A stretch of DNA of 53,508 nt from Dehalococcoidia bacterium UBA6627 (GTDB lineage Bacteria; Chloroflexota; Dehalococcoidia; UBA2979). Within the stretch, counting starts at the first letter, position 1. Each line of letters starts with the position of its first letter. The notes below the pieces were generated by a model. That model was given only the letters and a program-made list of their open reading frames with translations, was not told the origin of the DNA and made no database searches. A program made the position numbers and the translations under genes. The DNA lies in NCBI GenBank assembly GCA_002455955.1, contig DKLZ01000047.1, positions 1 to 53,508 of the forward strand. Reading direction: 5' to 3'. Of this stretch, positions 9,212 through 17,374 are shown piece by piece.

Positions 9212-10597
9212 ATGGCCGACGACGTACTTGATCGCAAAGCATGGATGGCCCTTGCTGTGTCCGGGCTAGGGATGTTCCTTGTTGGTGTGGATGGATCGAT
9301 CGTTAACGTCGCCTTCCCTAGTTTCAGAGAAGATTTTCCTGGTGTGACAAATGCTCAATTGTCATGGGTGCTCAATTCCTACGTACTTGTATACGCAGCC
9401 CTATTAGTCGTAACTGGCCGCCTAGCCGACCGAATGGGTCGACTCCGCGTAATGTCTCTTGGCCTGATCGTGTTCGTTATAGCGTCTATCGGAGTCGCTA
9501 TTTCTCCAACGGTTGTCTCTTTGGTCTCAATGAGAGGTCTTCAGGGTGTAGGTGCGGCCTTGATTACACCTGCCTCAATGGGACTTGTGATCGCTTCTTG
9601 GCCAACTGGTCGGCGCGCAACTGCAGTCACTCTCTGGGGCGCATGCTTTGCATCGGCTAATGCCTTTGGACCCGCTATAGGAGCTGGAATTATCGAATTA
9701 TCGAACTGGCGATGGGCTTTCTTTATTAACCTGCCCCTTGGTCTTGTCGCATTGATTTTGAGTGGGCGTGTATTCGTGGAAACGATGAAAAACACTTCTA
9801 CTCGACCGGATGTCATTGGTGGAGTGCTACTTTCCATGTCCACAGGACTATTCGTGCTCGCGATCGTCCAAGGGCGTGATTGGGGCTGGGTTTCGCTGGA
9901 AGTTATGATCTCGGTCTTAATCGGGCTTGCTTGTGTTTCGCTATTCATTTATCGCAACAATGGACATCAGGAGCCGATCCTTCCGAGCGGGTTAGTGAAA
10001 GTTACTTCTTTCCGACGTGCGTCGTTTGCGCTCTTCATATTCACGTTTGGCATGTACGCATTGATGCTATCTCTCGTACTTTTTCTTACAGACGTCTGGA
10101 AATATTCAACCGGGTTAGCAGGTCTTTCTACCGCATTCGGTGCCGCATTTGTCACGATTGCATCAATGGTGGCGGGGCCATTAGCCGATCGTTACGGACA
10201 TCGACTCGTCGCAGGACCGGGAACCGTCATATGCGCCTTGGGAATGCTGTGGTGGCTGATGATGCTCAATGAACAACCCAATTACTTCGTTGGATTCTTG
10301 CCGGGTATGGTACTAAGCGCTTGTGGGATGGGGCTTACTTTGGGAGTTTTAGCTGCGGCCGGCGTCTCCGAAGTGAAGCCTCAATATTTCAGCCTCGCGG
10401 GCGGCGTCACGCAGACTGCTCGGCAGTGCGGTGGAGCCTTAGGCTTAGCCATCATGTTCGCGATTATCGGTGAGCCCACTGGCCCATCAACCGCGTATGA
10501 AGCCTATCAATGGGGTTTCTCATTCATCATGATTACATCAATAATCGGAACCTTACTCGTAGTAAGAGTTCGCCCGTCCGTGAATTCTGGTTCGTGA
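9212..10597 (+). CDS. MFS transporter (DHA2/EmrB-like, about 14 TMS)
   Basis: 461 aa and highly hydrophobic. It carries the GRLADRMGR loop motif typical of MFS drug:H+ antiporters. Confidence 0.85.
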   Translation: MADDVLDRKAWMALAVSGLGMFLVGVDGSIVNVAFPSFREDFPGVTNAQLSWVLNSYVLVYAALLVVTGRLADRMGRLRVMSLGLIVFVIASIGVAISPTVVSLVSMRGLQGVGAALITPASMGLVIASWPTGRRATAVTLWGACFASANAFGPAIGAGIIELSNWRWAFFINLPLGLVALILSGRVFVETMKNTSTRPDVIGGVLLSMSTGLFVLAIVQGRDWGWVSLEVMISVLIGLACVSLFIYRNNGHQEPILPSGLVKVTSFRRASFALFIFTFGMYALMLSLVLFLTDVWKYSTGLAGLSTAFGAAFVTIASMVAGPLADRYGHRLVAGPGTVICALGMLWWLMMLNEQPNYFVGFLPGMVLSACGMGLTLGVLAAAGVSEVKPQYFSLAGGVTQTARQCGGALGLAIMFAIIGEPTGPSTAYEAYQWGFSFIMITSIIGTLLVVRVRPSVNSGS

Positions 10598-10627
10598 GCT
10601 CAACGTAATTCATGTTTCACCGTTTAC

Positions 10628-12211
10628 CTACAAAGCGGCCAGCCAACGTTGTTTTCGACCCAGCATAGGTACGAGCTGCTCATAGGCATGATCAATCCAT
10701 TCGCTCAACATCGCTCGTGTGTCTCGTGGATCGATAATGTCTTCGATTTCGTAGGCTTCTGCGGCAGCAAACGGTGAACGCATCGCAACGAAACGTTCTT
10801 CGACTTGCCGACGTGCCTCATCAGGATCGTCACTTTCCTCAATTTCACGACGGTATGCTGCCTGAACCCCACCTTCGATAGGTAATGACCCCCACTCACC
10901 CGATGGCCATGCGACCCGAAAATTGAATCGTTCGTGATTTTGTTGACCGCCCCCTGCAACTCCATAAACTCGTCGAACTACGACAGACGCCCATGGAATC
11001 GTCGCCGAATATACTGCAGCAAGCCCGCGCAATCCTTGTTTCAATGTCCCTGATGCTTCAGCAGAACGCCCAATCATGAACCCAGGTTGATCCACGAAAT
11101 TCACGATCGGAAGATGAAATGTGTCACATAAATTGACAAATTTCTCCAATTTTTGTGCTGCATCGGCATCCATTGCGCCACCATGGACCAACGGATCGTT
11201 CGACAATATCCCAACCGGTCGACCACTGATACGAGCGAACATCGTGACTTGCGAACCACCGTAATAACGACCAATTTCGAAACTTGATCCACGATCGACT
11301 ATCAACTCGACAAGTTTTCGTGTGTCATACGGTTGATTTCGCTCACGGGGAATGATTGAGAGTAGTTCTTCTTCTCGCCGTCCTGCTGAATCATTTGTGA
11401 CCTGAGTTGGCGGCAATGTGAATACATTACTTGGCAGATATGACAAAAAGGTCCGGATGATTCGAAATGCATCAGCTTCGTCTTCAGCTTCGTTGTCGAC
11501 CAGCCCACTCCCACGCGCATGTACTCGGTAGCCCCCTAATTCTTCCTTATGGATGTTGTCACCCAATGCTCGCGACACGACTGGCGGACCAGCCGCGAAT
11601 ACCTGAGAGTTCTCTTTGATCATCACGGCAAAGTGGGCGCCGGCGATTTCAGCAGCAGGCAACCCGGCGACAGAGCCAAGTGCAGCAGAGACCACTGGGA
11701 CTTGGTTCATCATTTCGATCAACGTAGCCCATGTTTTATTTTGTGGGAGGTACGTTCTGCCACTACTAGCGATCTGGCGGATATCAGCGCCAAAACCATC
11801 AATCAGTCTGATCAGGGGCATCTTCATCCCAAGTGCCATTTCGTCGGCTTGACGTCCTTTGTTGCCTAGAGCGCCCTGAGTTGGAGTACCGGAATTAACA
11901 CCCTTGCCTCCACTCGTCGGTCGAACCGTGTAGTCCGAACCCTTCACTACCACCGAACGACCGTCGAGTTTTGCCAATCCAACCACAAGGGCATCTGAAC
12001 GGAAATCGGTCAGTTGTCCGTCTTCGTAACTACCGATTCCGGCTAATACCCCTCGCTCCCGAAAGCTACCGTCATCGACTAATTCATCAATCCGTTCACG
12101 AACAGTAAGTTTCCCATGTTCATGTTGCTGTCGGACTCGATCGTCGCCACCCATCCGATGAGCCAGATTGCGTCGCCGTTCTATTTCGTCGATTTCAGGT
12201 TGCCAGGTCAT
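10628..12211 (-). CDS. acyl-CoA carboxylase carboxyltransferase (beta) subunit
   Basis: Carboxyl-transferase domain pattern: GKLTVRERIDELVDDGSF and the paired N/C CT subdomains. Start set at ATG 12211 with AAGGA upstream; the track ORF extends to 12256. Confidence 0.85.
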   Translation of the reverse strand: MTWQPEIDEIERRRNLAHRMGGDDRVRQQHEHGKLTVRERIDELVDDGSFRERGVLAGIGSYEDGQLTDFRSDALVVGLAKLDGRSVVVKGSDYTVRPTSGGKGVNSGTPTQGALGNKGRQADEMALGMKMPLIRLIDGFGADIRQIASSGRTYLPQNKTWATLIEMMNQVPVVSAALGSVAGLPAAEIAGAHFAVMIKENSQVFAAGPPVVSRALGDNIHKEELGGYRVHARGSGLVDNEAEDEADAFRIIRTFLSYLPSNVFTLPPTQVTNDSAGRREEELLSIIPRERNQPYDTRKLVELIVDRGSSFEIGRYYGGSQVTMFARISGRPVGILSNDPLVHGGAMDADAAQKLEKFVNLCDTFHLPIVNFVDQPGFMIGRSAEASGTLKQGLRGLAAVYSATIPWASVVVRRVYGVAGGGQQNHERFNFRVAWPSGEWGSLPIEGGVQAAYRREIEESDDPDEARRQVEERFVAMRSPFAAAEAYEIEDIIDPRDTRAMLSEWIDHAYEQLVPMLGRKQRWLAAL

Positions 12212-12316
12212 ATCAGATCCTTCGCCATGTTCGCGTGGTCGATTCCACAATTCCAACTCGGATTTCGCGACAAAAATAATTTGCCGTTAATGAGCGTCAG
12301 ATAGAGAGGCCAGGAG

Positions 12317-13558
12317 TCACTCTGCATATGAGGTCAAGGCATCCAATGCTGGTTTGACCTCGCTCATAAACACTTCCAGATTACGAATGACGCTTTCCTT
12401 AGGTTGTTGCGCATAATGCACGATCAATGAGATGTACTCTGCCGGAAGAAGCTCCCACTGACGTACAAGCTTCTCTCTGACATCTTCGACCGAACCCCAT
12501 GCGTGAGTTTCGAGCCCTTCGAGTTGCTGCGCAAATTCTTCTAAAGATGCATCCACTGCCAACATTTTGGCTGGATTAGCCCCAGGGCGCGCCAATGCCA
12601 GTTGGTGATAAAAATTCCGTTGGATTTCAGCGTCGTATTTCCGCAGTGCCACACGAGCATGCTCACGAGTTTCACCGATCTGCAGCCATCGCGCCGTTGC
12701 CTGATTCTGCCCTAAGGCGAAATTGTGCCCCGCCTCATTCGCGGCTTGCTGATAAACGGAGCCATGTTCTTCTGCTTGTTCCACTCCTGAGAAGTAGATT
12801 GGGATAAATCCATTGCGAGCGGCAAATTCGATTGATTGCGCGCTTCCGGTTGTTGCAACAAAGATCGGAGGATGAGGTTTCGTATAAGGGGCCGGCACTA
12901 CCGAGACACGGCGGACTTTTCCATGCTCATCGAGCTCGTTAGGCGCGCCTAGACGTTTAGTTGTATCACTCATCCACCAATCGATACCGTCATCGTATGG
13001 GTAGGGGATCTGCCATGCTTTCGACTTACGTTCGATGGTCTCTTGAGTCCAAGACTCAATCACCATTTCGACATGCTCTTGAAACATCTCTCGGTTCGCG
13101 AGATCTGCCGAACCTCCATCCGATTGAGTCGCCACTGTTCCGAAATGCTGACCAATCACATTTGTCCAGCGATCCTGATAGCCACGAGCGAATCCAACGA
13201 AACACCGACCTTTCGAAAGATGATCAATGACAGCGACTTCTTCAGCTACGCGGATCGGGTTTTGCGTAGTCATTACGTAACCGAGTTGCCCGACACGTAT
13301 CTTTTTTGTGATTGCCGCCCAATAAGCGTCCATGATTCCCGGTGCCGGGCCTAATTCATAACCTTCTGAATGAAAATGATGCTCGATAGGTGCGACACCC
13401 CAGACGCCCAGATCGTCAGCTGCCATAACGATATCGTGAAGCCCATCGATAGCCTCTTGATAACGCTCAACATTCCTCCCGATCGGCCGAAGCATCTTCC
13501 GCTCATTTTCATCTTCTGCACGGATCATGGGGTAAACCTGCAAAATTACCTTTACCAT
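12317..13558 (-). CDS. LLM-class (luciferase-like) flavin/F420-dependent monooxygenase
   Basis: It contains EHHFHSEGYE and HLSKGRCFVGFARGY, which are typical of the bacterial luciferase-like family. Start at ATG 13558 with AAGGAG 6 nt upstream. Confidence 0.85.
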   Translation of the reverse strand: MVKVILQVYPMIRAEDENERKMLRPIGRNVERYQEAIDGLHDIVMAADDLGVWGVAPIEHHFHSEGYELGPAPGIMDAYWAAITKKIRVGQLGYVMTTQNPIRVAEEVAVIDHLSKGRCFVGFARGYQDRWTNVIGQHFGTVATQSDGGSADLANREMFQEHVEMVIESWTQETIERKSKAWQIPYPYDDGIDWWMSDTTKRLGAPNELDEHGKVRRVSVVPAPYTKPHPPIFVATTGSAQSIEFAARNGFIPIYFSGVEQAEEHGSVYQQAANEAGHNFALGQNQATARWLQIGETREHARVALRKYDAEIQRNFYHQLALARPGANPAKMLAVDASLEEFAQQLEGLETHAWGSVEDVREKLVRQWELLPAEYISLIVHYAQQPKESVIRNLEVFMSEVKPALDALTSYAE

Positions 13559-13766
13559 CCCCAACTCCTTAATCTGCAATCACTCCGTGAGATTTCGGAA
13601 CGTAAAGTAACTCCTCCTGTGGATTTACTCTTCATGAATCCGAAAGTCCACTCGAAAATTTCGATCGTTTGGTAACGTGCAAGAATCGCAACGGCTTTTG
13701 AACTGTAATGAGCAAATTACAGTTATCATCCCTGACAAGTTGACCTCTGCAGGCGGAGCACGATTT

Positions 13767-14804
13767 ATGACTACAACACGAGAGGCACGTAACCAACCAT
13801 TGGAGTTGGATGACGAAATGTCTGCAATCGCGTATTGCTATCAACAAGGTTGGACTGATGGTTTACCAGTCGTTCCACCCACGACCGCTCTAGTCGACGA
13901 AATGCTTGAAGCAAGTGGTGAGGACCCTGAATCGATTCTTGCTACGCATACGACAACAGGAAGACACTGCTCCGCTCATTCGGCCGCTGTAAATTCTGTG
14001 ATGGCTGGGTGCCTACCTGAATACTTTCCGATTGTCGCAGCAGCGCTCCGCGCTATGAGTCACAGGGAATACAACTATCACGGTTCGACAGCCAGTACAG
14101 GTGGAGCCGCTCCGTTGGTTATCGTTAGTGGGCCAATCGTTGATGCGATTGGCATGAACTCAGGTGTGAATACTTTCGGTTCCGGAAACCGACCAAATGC
14201 GACGATCGGCCGTGCAATTCGTCTCGTTCATCTGAACGTGTTCAAAATGGTTCCCGGTGTAACCGATCGATCAACGCAAGGCAATCCCGGCAAGTACAGC
14301 CTCTGCATAGCCGAAAACAGCCAGGCCAATCCATGGGCGTCGTTAGTAGAGGAATCCGGATTCCCGAGTGGTAGCTCTTGCGTGACTGTCTATGCAGCCA
14401 GTGCATTCCATAATATTGAAAACCATTACTCCTCAGAGGGAGATGGTGTACTAATGACAATTGCTGATTCGATGGCGAGTCTTGGTTCGTTAACTCACGG
14501 ACAGTCTGTCGTCGTACTTTCTCCTGAGCATGCCAGTATTGTGGCGCAAAACGGCCGCACGAAGCTACAAGTTCAAGAATTCCTCTTTGCTCATGCACAA
14601 CGCCCTATTGAAGAACTGCGTAAAGTCGGCAAAGGTGGTAAAGCAAAGGAAGAACAATTCCATCGTGGATTAAGCCCAGACGATATTCTGGTAACGGTTG
14701 CAGGTGGGGAAGCAGGTGGGCATTCAGCCTTCTTGCCATCATGGAGTCGAATGCGCGGCTCAGTCATGCAGACTGAAATAATCAAGCCGATTTCAAAAGA
14801 TTGA
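13767..14804 (+). CDS. uncharacterised conserved-looking protein (345 aa), first gene of the selenoprotein module
   Basis: A long ORF with GGAG 9-10 nt upstream of ATG 13767. It contains GWTDGLPVVPPT near the N-terminus. I cannot assign a family. Its stop is 13 nt before the next gene. Confidence 0.6.
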   Translation: MTTTREARNQPLELDDEMSAIAYCYQQGWTDGLPVVPPTTALVDEMLEASGEDPESILATHTTTGRHCSAHSAAVNSVMAGCLPEYFPIVAAALRAMSHREYNYHGSTASTGGAAPLVIVSGPIVDAIGMNSGVNTFGSGNRPNATIGRAIRLVHLNVFKMVPGVTDRSTQGNPGKYSLCIAENSQANPWASLVEESGFPSGSSCVTVYAASAFHNIENHYSSEGDGVLMTIADSMASLGSLTHGQSVVVLSPEHASIVAQNGRTKLQVQEFLFAHAQRPIEELRKVGKGGKAKEEQFHRGLSPDDILVTVAGGEAGGHSAFLPSWSRMRGSVMQTEIIKPISKD

Positions 14805-14817
14805 CCCGGAGGCGAAG

Positions 14818-15363
14818 ATGGCATTGCAGTTATATGACCCAACAATCGACGACATGAAGGCCCGTGATACCTCGGAAGCTCAACGGCTACCGAGCTTGGA
14901 GAACTGCACGATTGGCCTACTAACAAACGGTAAGGTGAATGCCGACATATTGTTACGAGAAGTAGGGTCTCTCTTCGAGCAACGCAATAATTGTCGTGTT
15001 CTTCTCGAAGAGAATAAGGGCAATGCGTCGCGACCTGCACCAGCAGAACTCCTCCAACAAATTGCTGCCGACGTTGACTTTATGGTGACGGCAGTCGGTG
15101 ACTGAGGAAGTTGCTCAACGTGCAGTGTGCACGATGGCATTTCATTCGAGCAGCTCGGTAAGCCCGCGCTGGTAATCTGTACACATCCTTTTACACCGAC
15201 CAGCCAAGCGACTGCGTCAACTCTCGGTATTCCTGACTATACGGTTGCCTTCGTCGATCATCCGATTGGAAGTTGCAGCCTAGATGGGTTACGCGAGCGA
15301 GCAGAGGATGTTTACCAGCAAGCATCGGCAATTTTACTCGGCAACTCAGCTACCCCCGAATAA
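14818..15363 (+). CDS. UGSC-motif selenoprotein candidate (181 aa, Sec at codon 96 encoded by TGA 15103-15105)
   Basis: Track ORFs 14818..15105 and 15127..15363 are in the same frame. They are separated only by one TGA and 7 sense codons. Read-through gives VTAVGD-U-GSCSTCSVHDG. GGAGG lies 5 nt upstream of ATG 14818, but there is no SD before GTG 15127. A hairpin follows the TGA. Confidence 0.7.
15107..15143 (+). promoter_or_regulatory. candidate bacterial SECIS stem-loop
   Basis: Perfect upper stem CGUGCA (15119-15124) / UGCACG (15128-15133) with apical loop GUG, starting 13 nt after the UGA. An imperfect lower stem spans 15107-15117 / 15135-15143. Confidence 0.5.
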
Positions 15364-15374
15364 CGGATCGGATA

Positions 15375-16304
15375 GTGACTGAAACTCCCGAATTCGAGCT
15401 CGCCATTATCGGTGGTGGCTTTACCGGATTAACGGCTGGACTGATAGCTGCTCGTGCAGGTCTCAATGTAAAATTGTTCGACAGGATGGGTCCTGGTGGA
15501 CAGTTGATCAACATCGATCGTGTCGATAATTATCCTGGGCTTCCCACTGGTATCGCTGGTTATGAGCTCGGACCTGCAGCGTTGGAACAAGCCCTCGATG
15601 CCGGAGTAAAAATCGACTATGGGGAAATCGACGGCCTTACATTCGACGGTGAACACTGGCAGCTCATCACCAACACAGGTGTAGTCACTGCCTACGCTGT
15701 CATCGTCGCAACTGGATCCGAACTCGCGAAACTCGGACTTGATGGTGAAGAAGAACTTCACGGATCCGGGATCTCCTATTGCGCAACATGCGATGCAGAA
15801 TTTTTCCGTGATCAAGACATCATGGTCGTAGGCGGTGGTGATTCTGGCCTCGATGAAGTGCTCGTTTTGGCACCTGTTGTGCGGTCAATCACACTTGTAA
15901 CACGTGGTGAGCTTGATGGCGCCGCAACCACGGTCAACGCGGTGAGAGCACTAGAAAACGTAACAATCCACTGCAACACAACTCTGACCGAACTGCACGG
16001 AACTGCACAATTGGAAGGTGTTTCCGTTATTCATCGTGAAAATGGCGAAACTGCACATCTCAAGGTGAGCGGCCTTTTCATTTACGTTGGCCTAAACGCC
16101 AATACTTCGCTGTTAGAAGGTCTTATACCTCTTGATACAGCTGGTCATGCTCAAGTAGATATCATGATGGCTACGGAACAACCTGGTCTTTTCGTTGCTG
16201 GTGACCTGCGAGCTGGATCGGTACGGCTTCTCGCCAGCTGTGCAGGCGATGGTGCAACAGCAGCCGTAGCAGCTGAAAGATATATCCGGTCAACTCTAGG
16301 CTAA
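15375..16304 (+). CDS. thioredoxin-disulfide reductase-like FAD-dependent oxidoreductase
   Basis: It has IIGGGFTGLTAG (FAD), the redox-active CATC in SYCATCDAEFF, VVGGGDSGLDE (NAD(P)H) and a C-terminal GLFVAGD motif. Start set at GTG 15375, 11 nt after the previous stop; the track ORF from 15273 overlaps the upstream gene. Confidence 0.85.
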   Translation: MTETPEFELAIIGGGFTGLTAGLIAARAGLNVKLFDRMGPGGQLINIDRVDNYPGLPTGIAGYELGPAALEQALDAGVKIDYGEIDGLTFDGEHWQLITNTGVVTAYAVIVATGSELAKLGLDGEEELHGSGISYCATCDAEFFRDQDIMVVGGGDSGLDEVLVLAPVVRSITLVTRGELDGAATTVNAVRALENVTIHCNTTLTELHGTAQLEGVSVIHRENGETAHLKVSGLFIYVGLNANTSLLEGLIPLDTAGHAQVDIMMATEQPGLFVAGDLRAGSVRLLASCAGDGATAAVAAERYIRSTLG

Positions 16305-16318
16305 GTATCTTTCCACTC

Positions 16319-17347
16319 TTATAGAGAAAACTCGGGAAAAAGGTATTCCTTAACTCGCTGCAGCAATTGAACAGCACGTTTATGATCTATGCCCGGTGGC
16401 ATACGAATAATGGTGCCATCGAGTGGAACCTCTTTCAGTCGTTGTTTAAAGAGATCAACAATCCGCTCTGGACCACCTACAAATATCTCCGAACCGTCAC
16501 GCATTTCTTCTGGGGTAGATGCCGGCTGAGCATATGGTTTCCGGCCGTCTGCTATTGCTGCTTCAGAAGCCCATTGGGCGTAATGCAAGTACGAATGGTA
16601 GAGATGTTCACGTGATTCCTCCCAGGCGCTCGCATCATCTTCTCCTAGCCAAAAGTCACGACTGTCGTACACAGGGATCGATTTAGGGTCACGATTGTTT
16701 CGCAACATCGCCGCTCTAAATGCTTCGTAGACATTTGATCCGCCGACCATATGGAATCCGTCAGCCAACCGGGCAACTCGCTCCAACGCTGTGTCACGCG
16801 TTGCTCCAATCCAGATTGGGGGGCCGCCATCTTGGAATGGTTTCGGTTCCACCCGTACCCCCTGAAGTTGGTATCGCTTACCGGTGAAGTCGAACTCGTG
16901 TTCATTCCAACCTCGACGGATAATTTCGATACCTTCCTCAATGAGTGAGGGTCGATAGCGACGATTGACCCCAAACGCTGGATATTCCTGCGGTCGATAT
17001 CCAACTGCGATTCCGAGAACGAAACGGCCTTCTGACATTATGTCTATAACTGCTGCGTCTTCAGCGATCCGTACTGGATGATGAAGCGGCAGCAGCATCA
17101 ATCTTGTGCCTATTGTGATTTTTGAGGTTCGATCAGCTGCTGCTGCTGCGACCGGAAGCACCGACGGACAATAGCCATCATCAGCACCATGATGTTCCGA
17201 TATCCAGACGCTATCGAACCCTAACTCTTCAGCGATGACGATCTGCTCCAGAGTTTCTTGATATACCTGAGGCCATGGCTTCTGCCATTGAGAAGGATTA
17301 CGTAGCGAAAAAAGGACGCCAAATTTTAGAGTCATCTTTGTACTCAT
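16319..17347 (-). CDS. LLM-class F420/flavin-dependent oxidoreductase
   Basis: It contains AEELGFDSVWISEHH and SEGRFVLGIAVGY, which are typical luciferase-like family motifs. Confidence 0.85.
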   Translation of the reverse strand: MSTKMTLKFGVLFSLRNPSQWQKPWPQVYQETLEQIVIAEELGFDSVWISEHHGADDGYCPSVLPVAAAAADRTSKITIGTRLMLLPLHHPVRIAEDAAVIDIMSEGRFVLGIAVGYRPQEYPAFGVNRRYRPSLIEEGIEIIRRGWNEHEFDFTGKRYQLQGVRVEPKPFQDGGPPIWIGATRDTALERVARLADGFHMVGGSNVYEAFRAAMLRNNRDPKSIPVYDSRDFWLGEDDASAWEESREHLYHSYLHYAQWASEAAIADGRKPYAQPASTPEEMRDGSEIFVGGPERIVDLFKQRLKEVPLDGTIIRMPPGIDHKRAVQLLQRVKEYLFPEFSL

Positions 17348-17374
17348 TTCTAAATGAGCCTGAAGTCATCGCAA

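Noticed and set aside
14591-15040. Long antisense or alternative-frame ORFs inside clear genes (e.g. 14591..15040, 29091..29573, 23005..23472, 50479..51012, 42507..42806, 35244..35693)
   Set aside because: They lie wholly within genes that have strong family signatures on the other strand or frame. Their compositions are Arg/Ser/Pro-rich, typical of off-frame translation, and they lack SD sequences.
15127-15363. An independent 78-aa gene starting at GTG 15127
   Set aside because: It has no ribosome-binding site, and the GTG lies inside the hairpin following the TGA. The frame is continuous with 14818..15105 apart from that single TGA, and the junction spells the UGSC motif. It is better explained as the C-terminal half of one selenoprotein (or a Cys-to-stop pseudogene).
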